A DNA stretch of 28,948 bases from Patescibacteria group bacterium (GTDB lineage Bacteria; Patescibacteriota; Minisyncoccia; UBA6257; HR35). The notes under the pieces were generated by a model. The model had not been told where the DNA came from, did not search any database, and worked only from the letters and a program-made list of their open reading frames with translations. A program made the translations under genes and the position numbers. The stretch is taken from positions 1-28,948 of the forward strand of contig JAMCWY010000012.1 of assembly GCA_023480925.1 (NCBI GenBank), in the 5' to 3' direction. Shown here piece by piece: positions 7,737 to 15,845 of this stretch (position 1 is the stretch's first letter; each line of letters opens with the position of its first letter).

Positions 7737-8561
7737 TCAGCTGAAACAGGATCTTAAAATTATGATGTTCTTTTGATCCGGACCGGTTCGATCAGAACCA
7801 GGCACTTCGAGAATCCAATCTTTCGAACGCAATCTTTTTTCTTTGGCCAAGTTTTTAAAGCCGGTTAAACCGATTTTGCCTTGACCGATATTTTCATGCT
7901 GGTCGTGGCAAGAATTCGCCTCGGTTTTTGAATCATTGGCGTGAATAACGACAATATTATCCAAACCAATTTCTTTTTGCCACTGATCGAAAAACTTTCT
8001 GATCGGATCGATTCGGTAATCAGTCAAAAGACCAGCCTCAAAAGCGTGAGCGGTGTCAAAACAAAATTTAACTCTGTTTGAGTTGATTTTTTTAAAGATG
8101 ATTTTGAGCTCGCTTAAACTCGAACCAAGTTTTTCTCCACCGCCAGCCGAGTTTTCCAAAATCAGCCAAGTTCGACCTTGGTTTGATTTTAAAATTTCCT
8201 TAAGCGCTTTAATTAAAAGTTCGATCTCGCCCGAACCAAGATGAACGATCAAGCCTTTAGCTTTAAGCGACTGACTAATTTTAAAATGATCGATTAGTTG
8301 TTGAACTGATTTTCGCCAAAGGGCTTGATCCCGACTGGCGGGATTGGCGAGATAAGGCGCGTGGAGATAAACCGATTTGATTCGACTTGATCGAATTTTT
8401 TCTTGAAAAATTTTGGTCTCAGTTTGATTGAACTGATTAACTCGCCATTGCCTTGGCGATGAACCAAAAATTTGAACTGTTTCCGCGCCGATTAATTCAG
8501 CTCGCTTAATCGCCTGATCCAGGCCGCCGGCGGCCGAAACATGAGCGCCAATCTTAACCAT
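7737..8561 (-). CDS. nfo: Endonuclease IV (AP endonuclease)
   Basis: IGAHVSAAGGL, ENSAGGG, CFDTAHAFEAG, IHANDSK, HENIGQGKIG and ILEVP, collinear with E. coli Nfo. Confidence 0.93.
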   Translation of the reverse strand: MVKIGAHVSAAGGLDQAIKRAELIGAETVQIFGSSPRQWRVNQFNQTETKIFQEKIRSSRIKSVYLHAPYLANPASRDQALWRKSVQQLIDHFKISQSLKAKGLIVHLGSGEIELLIKALKEILKSNQGRTWLILENSAGGGEKLGSSLSELKIIFKKINSNRVKFCFDTAHAFEAGLLTDYRIDPIRKFFDQWQKEIGLDNIVVIHANDSKTEANSCHDQHENIGQGKIGLTGFKNLAKEKRLRSKDWILEVPGSDRTGPDQKNIIILRSCFS

Positions 8562-8579
8562 TACTAACCACTTTTTCGA

Positions 8580-8885
8580 TTACTTCGCCTGATCCAATGG
8601 TTGATTCAATTGAGAATTTGTCTCAGTTTTATTTTCCTTGTTTTGTATCAAGTCTGATCCGCACTGTTCTTTTTTCCTCTGGCTAAAGATAAAGATATAA
8701 AGAATTTCCAAAATTCCGATCGTGTTTAGAATCAAAATAACAATGAACCAAATTAAATCGTTTCGCCGGCCCGCTCGCCATAAAGCCCAACCCTTCCAAG
8801 CCAACGTCCAAACGATCAAAAAGACGACTAAGATCGGATTTTGTTGAAAGATTTGATTAAAAAGACCAAAATTCTGCTGCCACAT
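8580..8885 (-). CDS. Small two-TM membrane protein of a family common in CPR genomes (recalled as DUF5652-like; name from memory)
   Basis: WKGWALWRAGRRNDLIWFIVILILNTIGILEILYI motif with two hydrophobic helices. Confidence 0.6.
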   Translation of the reverse strand: MWQQNFGLFNQIFQQNPILVVFLIVWTLAWKGWALWRAGRRNDLIWFIVILILNTIGILEILYIFIFSQRKKEQCGSDLIQNKENKTETNSQLNQPLDQAK

Positions 8886-9001
8886 TTGATTCCTTCAACC
8901 AGAATAAAATAAATAATATTCCGGTCAAAATTAATGATTTAAAAAGTATAACCGATTTCCGCGGCTAAATTAAATAATCTCAAACTCAAAAATTTTTAGT
9001 C

Positions 9002-9055
9002 AAAAAAACCGCCTGAGTTAAAAATAAAATATACTTATTTAAAACTAAGACGGTT
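9002..9055 (-). terminator. Rho-independent terminator candidate after the 86-aa ORF
   Basis: Minus strand has aaccgtcttagtt ... aactcaggcggtt: a 13-bp stem with one mismatch and one G-U, and an AT-rich loop, followed by ttttttt. Confidence 0.45.
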
Positions 9056-9098
9056 TAATAAAATCTCGAAACGGAACTAGCGCTTATGATCGATTCTC

Positions 9099-9359
9099 TT
9101 ATTGTTGGTTGGGGACTATTTCGATATCCTCTCTTTTTACCCATGTCCTCCTTATCCCTCCCCATTGGACTTCGATCTCGTAGCCCTTTATTGTCCCGGC
9201 GATAGTCCGACCCGGAACAATGGCGATGATAACCCCGACTACGCTCCGTGGAACGTTAAAGCCAATAGCGTGGTCGTGGTTAGACTTCAGCCTGACTTTC
9301 TGACCTATTTCGAACTTATACAGGCCAGAGCTAATCTTACGATCCATCTCATTATTCAC
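9099..9359 (-). CDS. Small hypothetical protein (beta-rich, SH3/KOW-like feel); likely true start is ATG at 9347
   Basis: GAAAGGAGGTG lies immediately upstream. The GTG at 9359 is fused to the SD, so the ATG 11 nt downstream of GGAGG is favoured. A terminator follows. G+C is visibly higher than in the flanks. Confidence 0.55.
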   Translation of the reverse strand: MNNEMDRKISSGLYKFEIGQKVRLKSNHDHAIGFNVPRSVVGVIIAIVPGRTIAGTIKGYEIEVQWGGIRRTWVKREDIEIVPNQQ

Positions 9360-9563
9360 CTCCTTTCAGTTAGTGAACTTATACTTTTATCTTAACATTA
9401 TTTTTGATAAACTTAAATCTGTTTTTTTATTTCTCAATTGCCGATATTTATAAAATTACGCGGGCTAACTTACCCACCACTAACCAACCGCGTCATATTA
9501 AACATACATACCCAGACTATTTTAAAAGTCAATTGACCTACCCTGCCTTTAGTAAGACACAAT

Positions 9564-9637
9564 TGGCTGCGGGGCTAGGATTCGAACCTAGATAAGCAGA
9601 TCCAAAGTCTGCTGTCCTACCATTAGACGACTCCGCA
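9564..9637 (-). tRNA. tRNA-Gln (anticodon UUG) with encoded CCA
   Basis: Minus strand: tgcggag tc gtct aatggta ggac a gcaga ctTTGga tctgc ttat ctagg ttcgaat cctag ccccgca g cca. U1-A72 and G73 match bacterial tRNA-Gln. Confidence 0.88.
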
Positions 9638-9715
9638 AATTAAAAATTAAATCTAAATAAATCTCTCGATCAAAAATTTGTTCAGTCTAAATAAATTTTA
9701 TCACAATCAAACAGC

Positions 9716-10813
9716 TTATTCCGTTTTGATCAGATCGATTATGGCGATTTCTAAGGCCAAGGTCGGCACGGGTAAATTATCGCGCGAGAAAAACTCCGCT
9801 TCAATCATAACCTTAATCGCTTGACGAATCTTAACCAGATCAATTTTGACCGTAATCTCCTCCAATCGGCCAACGATCTCAGCCGGATAACGATGGTTAA
9901 GCTGATTTAACCAAGACGGCAAAACTTTTAAAATCAAAATTTCCCGCAAAAATTTAATTGTCTCCCGAGTCAGAAGAGACAAATCAAAACCATTTTCATA
10001 ATTTGACTGGATAAATTTAATCGCCGCTTCGCTTTTATTTTCGAAAATCATCGCGATAAAATCCAAAATTTTTTCCGAGCTTAACTTACCTAAAAACTTT
10101 TCGACCAACTCGCCGTTTAATTTTTCATTATCGCCCAAACTTAAAACAATCCGTTCCAACAACGCTTCGGCATCGCGAAAAGCGGCGCCGCTTTCGGTCG
10201 CGATTAAAGCTAAAACTTTTTCATCGGCTGAAATTTTTTCCGCTCGGGCGATTAGTTCGAGTTTACGAATGATCGCGGTTAAAGTTGCGCGCTGAAAATC
10301 AAACCGCTGAATTCGAGAAAGAATCGTCGGTAAAATTTTTTCCGGTTCGGTCGTGGCGAAAATGAAAATAGCGTGTTTGGGCGGTTCTTCTAAAAGTTTA
10401 AGCAAGGCGTTGCCGGCCGCTTGGCTTAACATATGAGCTTCGTCGATAATTAAAACTTTAAAACGGCCTTGAATCGGTCTGAAGCCGATATTATCTTTTA
10501 TATTCCTAATTTCATCAACGCCGCTATGAGAGGCGGCGTCAATCTCGACCAAATCCATAAAACGGCCTTGGTTAATCGCCTGGCAATTAAGACATTGGTC
10601 GCAAGGTTCGAGCTGATTAATGTTGAGACAATTTAAAGTTTTAGCGAAAATTCTGGCGGTTGAAGTTTTGCCCGTGCCCTTTGGCCCGGCGAAAAGATAA
10701 GCCTGGGGCAATCGTTCGACATCCTTAAGGAAATTTTGTAGAATTTTGACGATTAGTTCTTGACCGATCAGTTCAGAAAATTTTCGCGGCCGATATTTCT
10801 GGTAAAACATCAC
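9716..10813 (-). CDS. dnaX: DNA polymerase III gamma/tau subunit, gamma-length (domains I-III only)
   Basis: GPKGTGKTS Walker A, a Cys cluster CDQCLNCQ, IIDEAHML and the SRIQRF sensor. The likely start is ATG 10810, overlapping the rpoD TGA by 1 nt. Confidence 0.9.
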   Translation of the reverse strand: MMFYQKYRPRKFSELIGQELIVKILQNFLKDVERLPQAYLFAGPKGTGKTSTARIFAKTLNCLNINQLEPCDQCLNCQAINQGRFMDLVEIDAASHSGVDEIRNIKDNIGFRPIQGRFKVLIIDEAHMLSQAAGNALLKLLEEPPKHAIFIFATTEPEKILPTILSRIQRFDFQRATLTAIIRKLELIARAEKISADEKVLALIATESGAAFRDAEALLERIVLSLGDNEKLNGELVEKFLGKLSSEKILDFIAMIFENKSEAAIKFIQSNYENGFDLSLLTRETIKFLREILILKVLPSWLNQLNHRYPAEIVGRLEEITVKIDLVKIRQAIKVMIEAEFFSRDNLPVPTLALEIAIIDLIKTE

Positions 10814-12030
10814 TTCAACCTTTGAATTAATGGGTGAGAACGCAATCTTTCAATCGCCTTAATTTCAAGTTGACGAACGCGTTCGCGCGTTACGCCGAAA
10901 ATTTTGCCTATCTCTTCCAAGGTATGAGGAATGCCATCCTTAAAACCAGAGCGTAACATTAAAACTTGCTTCTCCCGTTCGGGTAAATCCTGAATCGCGA
11001 TTTTTAATTTTTCCCGCGAGATTGCCAAGATCGCTTCTTTCTCCGGACTAACCGATTTTTCATCTTTAATTAACTCGCCCAAGACCGTTTCGCCCTGTTC
11101 ACCGACCGGCTTTTCCAAGTAAGTCACGTCCTGGGTTAGTCGCAAAAGTTTTTGAACCTTACGCGAAGGTAAATCAAGTTGAGCGGCAATTTCTTCCGGC
11201 GCCGGCTCGCGACCAAGTTGTTCGACCAAATTTTTTTTAACCTTGTTCATTTTGTAAAGCGCCTCGATAATGTGGACGGGCAAACGGACAGTCCGAGCGT
11301 GATCCGCCATCGCTCGCGTAATCGCCTGACGAATCCACCAGGTCGCGTAAGTCGAAAATTTAAAACCTTTGCGATAATCGAACTTATCCGTCGCTCGGGC
11401 CAAACCAATATTTCCTTCTTGAATCAAATCAAGAAAAGTAAGTTTTTTGCTCCGACCGTAATACGTTTTAGCGATGCTGACAACCAGCCTCAGATTGGAT
11501 TTGATTAACCGCTCACGCGCTTCGAGATCGCCCTGAAAAGCTTTCTTGGCCAACTCTTTCTCTTCGCTCAAATTTAAAAGCGGGTATTTTCTCAGTTCCA
11601 AGAGGTATTTTTGAATACTGTCCGGGACCTCGTCTTTCAAACTCCCGGCGATTTTTTTTAGGCCACCTTTCGTTATCATTTCGTCCAAATCCCAAAGTTC
11701 GCCACTGCTTTTTAATTCGATCCCGGCCGTTTCCAATCGTTCATTAATTTCTTCAAGCAAGCCGAGATCTTTTTCAATACTGGGAAAGTAATGAAGGATT
11801 TCATCTTCGGTCACGAACCCGCGCGCCTTGCCCTTTTGAATCAAATCTTTAATTTTCGCCTGATCGATTTCAGTTAATCGCCGTTTTGGCTTAATCTTCT
11901 CTTTGTTTTTTTCCAAAACCTGTTTTGTTTTTTTATTGGCTAAAATCGCTTTCGTTCGAACCTGACTGATTTTCTTTTTTAATTTTGTTTTAGTTTTAAC
12001 CCGAGTCTTTTTTTTAATTATCTTGGTCAT
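10810..12030 (-). CDS. rpoD: Primary sigma factor (sigma-70 family)
   Basis: Region 2 has DLIQEGNIGLARATDKFDYRKGFKFSTYATWWIRQAI. Regions 3 and 4 have LEEIGKIFGVTRERVRQLEIKA. Confidence 0.93.
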   Translation of the reverse strand: MTKIIKKKTRVKTKTKLKKKISQVRTKAILANKKTKQVLEKNKEKIKPKRRLTEIDQAKIKDLIQKGKARGFVTEDEILHYFPSIEKDLGLLEEINERLETAGIELKSSGELWDLDEMITKGGLKKIAGSLKDEVPDSIQKYLLELRKYPLLNLSEEKELAKKAFQGDLEARERLIKSNLRLVVSIAKTYYGRSKKLTFLDLIQEGNIGLARATDKFDYRKGFKFSTYATWWIRQAITRAMADHARTVRLPVHIIEALYKMNKVKKNLVEQLGREPAPEEIAAQLDLPSRKVQKLLRLTQDVTYLEKPVGEQGETVLGELIKDEKSVSPEKEAILAISREKLKIAIQDLPEREKQVLMLRSGFKDGIPHTLEEIGKIFGVTRERVRQLEIKAIERLRSHPLIQRLK

Positions 12031-12032
12031 TT

Positions 12033-13751
12033 TTAATTCGTCGATTTTTCTAATTCGTTAATTTTTTTTGAATAATTCTCGGCTTCGACTAAAATTTTTT
12101 CGACCTCGTCGGCCTGAGCCAATTTTAAACTCTGCCGGAGCAGTTCGATTCGGCGATGAAAATAATCTTTTTTTAATTCCTTTGCGATCAAATCAAACTC
12201 GTTCTCAAGAGCCTGATTTAAACCCTTCGAATCCTTCTCATACTCGCCTCTTAAACGCAATACTTCAACTTCTTCGTCGTCAATGTCGGTTTGATTGATA
12301 ATTTTTCCAACCAAATCTTTTTTTTGTTCCAAATAATCCCGATAAGATTCCAAAATCGCCTGCCGTTTTAAAACCAAGACCAAAGCCAAAAACCTTTCGG
12401 CTAAAATTGATTGGCGATCGCCCAACTCCGCGCCAAGATTTAAATTAACTCCGGTCGAACCATTGACCGAACCAATACTAGCCGGTTTAAACCACTCTTC
12501 AATTTTAATTTTTTTCAGCTCGGAAATCAAGAGCGGTTCGGCCACGCGGGTTTGTTCCGAAAGCCGCGTCAACCAAAGTTGAGCCTCGGCCGGATTAAGC
12601 AATTTTAACTGGGGTAAAAAAAATTCGATCATCGCCTTCCGACCAATGACTTGACTTAGATCAAACTTCTTCAAACTAAGATTAAATAAATAGTCTAAAA
12701 GCGGCAACTGATTTAATTCAGCCAAACTAAAACCTTGACCAAAAAAATCACCCAGATCTTTGATCGGTTTTTCTTGATCGCGATTAGATTGACCGAAATC
12801 CAACTTACCCAACTCAAAGTCGGCTCGGAGAAAAAGCAGAGCCGAACGAAGAGTCGCTTTAAGACCGGCTTCATCTTCGTCTAAGGCAAAAATAACTTTT
12901 TGACAAAATCTTTTTAAGAGCTTGACTTGATCTTCGGTTAAGGCGGTGCCGGAGAGAGCGACAATATTTTTTAAGCCGGCTTGAAAAGCCAAAAGCCAAT
13001 CCATTTGGCCTTCGACCAAAACCGCTTCTTTCTTTTTTTTAATCTCATCCAAACTCTCAAACAAACCGTAAACGAATTGTGATTTTTTGAAAAGAATCGT
13101 TTCGGACGAGTTAAGATACTTGGGCGTGTTTTCCGCTTCTTTTAAAATTCGACCGGTGAAACCAACCAGACGGCCAAACTGATTAACGAAAGGAAAAATA
13201 ATTCGTCCTTGAAAACGGTCTTCTCGACGCGAATTCAAAAAACCGGCTGCCTCGATTTCGTTAATCGCCTTGCCTTTTTTGAGCAAAAAATCACGTAGAC
13301 CCGAACCAAAAGGGACGTAGCCGAGCCGGAATTGTTCAATCGTCTCTCGGCTCAAACCGCGTTTTAAAAGATAAGCGATCGCCAATTGGTTTTCTTGAAG
13401 CTTCGATTGAAAAAATTCCAAAGCCAATTGGTTCAAAGCCAATAGCTTGACCCTGGCCGTCTGATCGGCCTGATCGCTTAGATTTAATTCAAGACCAAGA
13501 CGTTCGGCTAAAATTTTAATTCCCTCTTTAAATTCAAGTTTCTCGATCTTAAGAAAAAAAGCGATCGCGTCACCGCCTTCGCCGCAGCCAAAACATTTCC
13601 AGATTTGTTTTTGGCCCGAAACGAAAAAAGACGGCGACTTCTCCGAATGGAAAGGACAAAGACCGCGATAGTAACTGCCGGCCCGCCTCAGCGGCACGTA
13701 GCCGTTGATAAACTCGACGATGTCAATTTTATTTTTAATTTCCTCAATCAT
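12033..13751 (-). CDS. dnaG: DNA primase
   Basis: Zinc finger CPFHSEKSPSFFV...CFGCGEGGD and TOPRIM VLVEGQMDWL ... ALDEDEAG. Confidence 0.93.
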   Translation of the reverse strand: MIEEIKNKIDIVEFINGYVPLRRAGSYYRGLCPFHSEKSPSFFVSGQKQIWKCFGCGEGGDAIAFFLKIEKLEFKEGIKILAERLGLELNLSDQADQTARVKLLALNQLALEFFQSKLQENQLAIAYLLKRGLSRETIEQFRLGYVPFGSGLRDFLLKKGKAINEIEAAGFLNSRREDRFQGRIIFPFVNQFGRLVGFTGRILKEAENTPKYLNSSETILFKKSQFVYGLFESLDEIKKKKEAVLVEGQMDWLLAFQAGLKNIVALSGTALTEDQVKLLKRFCQKVIFALDEDEAGLKATLRSALLFLRADFELGKLDFGQSNRDQEKPIKDLGDFFGQGFSLAELNQLPLLDYLFNLSLKKFDLSQVIGRKAMIEFFLPQLKLLNPAEAQLWLTRLSEQTRVAEPLLISELKKIKIEEWFKPASIGSVNGSTGVNLNLGAELGDRQSILAERFLALVLVLKRQAILESYRDYLEQKKDLVGKIINQTDIDDEEVEVLRLRGEYEKDSKGLNQALENEFDLIAKELKKDYFHRRIELLRQSLKLAQADEVEKILVEAENYSKKINELEKSTN

Positions 13752-14304
13752 TTTTAACTCTTTCCAAATATTCTTTTTTGTCGATATTAACCAAAATCAA
13801 ATCGCCCGCCTTGATGAAAAGCGGCGCTTTAATTTCCGCGCCGGTTTCAAGAATAACAACCTTACTTCCGGCCTGGACCGTGTCGCCCTTCAAACCCGGC
13901 GGCGCTTCGACGACCAGGTACTTCGCCTTAATCGGCAATTTCAGCCGGACCAACCGATCGTCAATAAAAATAGCCCGAATGGTCAAATCAGTTTTAAGAA
14001 AGTCAATTTGATTAGCCAAATTTTTTTTCGCCAGGGAGTAACGACGATTGTCCGAATCGGCCAAATAAACATTGGTTTTGTCTTGATCAAGATACTCCAC
14101 GTCTTTTTCTTCCGAATCAACCGCCTTAACTTCTTCATCCGACTTAAAATTTCTCGTCAAGGTTTGACCGGTGGTTAAATTTTTCACGATCAACTCGATC
14201 GTCGCCTTGCCCCGACCAAGATGAGTGTGAGTGATTTTCCCAACTTCAAAATAATTGCCGTCGAGAATAATAATTGTGCCTATTTCAACTTGATTAATTT
14301 TCAT
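13744..14304 (-). CDS. efp: Elongation factor P
   Basis: Collinear with E. coli EF-P over its full length, with C-terminal PGLKGDT. The loop tip reads HLGRGKA. Confidence 0.93.
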   Translation of the reverse strand: MKINQVEIGTIIILDGNYFEVGKITHTHLGRGKATIELIVKNLTTGQTLTRNFKSDEEVKAVDSEEKDVEYLDQDKTNVYLADSDNRRYSLAKKNLANQIDFLKTDLTIRAIFIDDRLVRLKLPIKAKYLVVEAPPGLKGDTVQAGSKVVILETGAEIKAPLFIKAGDLILVNIDKKEYLERVKND

Positions 14305-15805
14305 TCTGGAATTTTTTAAAAAGTTCTTCTAAGCGATCAACTTCGACTCGATTCTGTTTTTCTGCCTTCGGTTTAAAACCCGCCTCGAGTTTTTTTTCTT
14401 TCAAACTTTCAAGCGAAATCGTATTTTTTGAAGATTGGGCCTCGCAGTTTGGACAAAGACTGCCTTCGTCGTAACGATTTTTCCAAAAAGCCTCGTGGCA
14501 ATTTTCGCAATAAACCAAGATCATGTTTTCTTTTCTCGCTTCGCTATATTTTTGAGCAATCGCTTTTTCAACAAAACGTTTCGCTCGGCTATAACGCGAC
14601 CGACTCAAGTTAATCAGTTCGTTTCGGTAACTGACCGAAGGCGAATCCGGCATCGCCAACGTCTCGGCCAAAAACGGCCGACTGGCGATCCCGTCAACCA
14701 ATAATCTGACGTAAATGTTGTATTTTTCCAAGTTAGTAAAGTCATCAACCGTGACTTCGCTAAATTCGCGTTCAAACTGTTCACTGTCAATCCCGCCCAA
14801 ACGAAAAACAATAAAAGTGCCGAGATTGCCAAAAATCGCCTTGATAATAGTTTCTGGCAACTGGTCAAGATACTGATGGGCGAGAATTAAACTTAATCGG
14901 TATTTTCGAGCTTCGGATAAAATATTGACGAACGAATCGGTGGCGAAATTTTGGAACTCGTCGACATAAAGATAAAAATCTTTCCGTTCTTCTTCAGCCA
15001 AATCAACTCGACTCATCGCCGCCAGTTGAATTTTAGTGATAAGTAAACCGCCCAAGAGCATTGAACTTTCTTCGCCCAGCGCGCCTTTGGATAAATTAAT
15101 CAATAAAATTTTTTGGTTATCCATAACTTGGCGCAAATTTATCGAAGACTCTTCCTGACCGATAATATTTCGAACAAGCGGATTGGAAATAAACTGACCA
15201 ACCTTGTTTTGGATTGGCGCGATCGCCTCGGTTCGGAAATTGGCGTGATAACGGGCGAACTCTTTTTCCCAAAAACTTTTAACGACCGGATCGCGCAACC
15301 GGCTTACAACACTTTTACGAAAGTCATCGTCGCCAAGGAGGCGGTTAATATCAAGGAGGGTATAATTCGGGAACTCGAGCAAGGCTAGTAAACTGTTCAT
15401 CAAAATATACTCCATCCGAGCCGACCAAGCGTCCACCCAAATCTTCTTAAAAACCGACATCAGGCTCGAAGTAATCAAATGACGAAATTCAAACGGCACC
15501 CGCTCAAGGACATTAAACGAAATCGGATTGTCTAAATCGTTCGGCTCGAAATAAATAACATCGTCCATTCTTTCGCGCGGGATGTAATTTAAAAGTTGGA
15601 AAACACTATCGCCGTGCGGATCAATGTAAGCCAAACCTTCGTTCGTTCTAATGTCATTAACGATCATATTATTAATTAAAGTTGTCTTACCTGAACCGGT
15701 TTTACCGATAATATAAATATGGCGGCGGCGATCTTCGCGCTTAATCCCGAACTTAACGGTTCTATTTCTAAAATTGGTTTGAGCGACAGGAAGAATGTCG
15801 GCCAT
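14294..15805 (-). CDS. TraD/TrwB/VirD4-like (type IV coupling-protein-like) P-loop ATPase without TM domain, C-terminal zinc ribbon
   Basis: Walker A IIGKTGSGKTT lies about 35 aa from the N-terminus. Walker B is FYLYVDEFQNF. ARKYRLSLILAHQYLDQL is present. The C-terminus has CENC-x14-CPNC plus a Lys-rich tail. Confidence 0.75.
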   Translation of the reverse strand: MADILPVAQTNFRNRTVKFGIKREDRRRHIYIIGKTGSGKTTLINNMIVNDIRTNEGLAYIDPHGDSVFQLLNYIPRERMDDVIYFEPNDLDNPISFNVLERVPFEFRHLITSSLMSVFKKIWVDAWSARMEYILMNSLLALLEFPNYTLLDINRLLGDDDFRKSVVSRLRDPVVKSFWEKEFARYHANFRTEAIAPIQNKVGQFISNPLVRNIIGQEESSINLRQVMDNQKILLINLSKGALGEESSMLLGGLLITKIQLAAMSRVDLAEEERKDFYLYVDEFQNFATDSFVNILSEARKYRLSLILAHQYLDQLPETIIKAIFGNLGTFIVFRLGGIDSEQFEREFSEVTVDDFTNLEKYNIYVRLLVDGIASRPFLAETLAMPDSPSVSYRNELINLSRSRYSRAKRFVEKAIAQKYSEARKENMILVYCENCHEAFWKNRYDEGSLCPNCEAQSSKNTISLESLKEKKLEAGFKPKAEKQNRVEVDRLEELFKKFQNEN

Positions 15806-15845
15806 AAAAATAAACTTTTTAAGTTAATTAAACTAAAATTAAAAA

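Noticed and set aside
9102-9395. 97-aa plus-strand ORF overlapping the 86-aa minus-strand ORF
   Set aside because: The minus-strand reading has a perfect SD, a downstream terminator and a globular-looking sequence. The plus-strand reading is proline-rich, looks like a shadow ORF, and has no start signals.
9404-9595. 63-aa plus-strand ORF
   Set aside because: Its 3' part is the antisense of tRNA-Gln. The remainder is AT-rich intergenic sequence.
9716-10813. Programmed -1 frameshift site in dnaX (gamma/tau)
   Set aside because: I saw no A AAA AAG-type slippery heptamer, and there is no tau-length reading frame downstream. The gene simply ends after domain III.
13705-14178. 157-aa plus-strand ORF. 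The same applies to similar ORFs at 11179-11508, 6369-6584, 16053-16361, 17255-17575, 15113-15388 and 471-842.
   Set aside because: These are shadow ORFs antisense to strongly supported genes (efp, rpoD, MFS, the 430-aa gene, the sigma4 gene, the ATPase, ComEC). Their sequences are low-complexity or biased.
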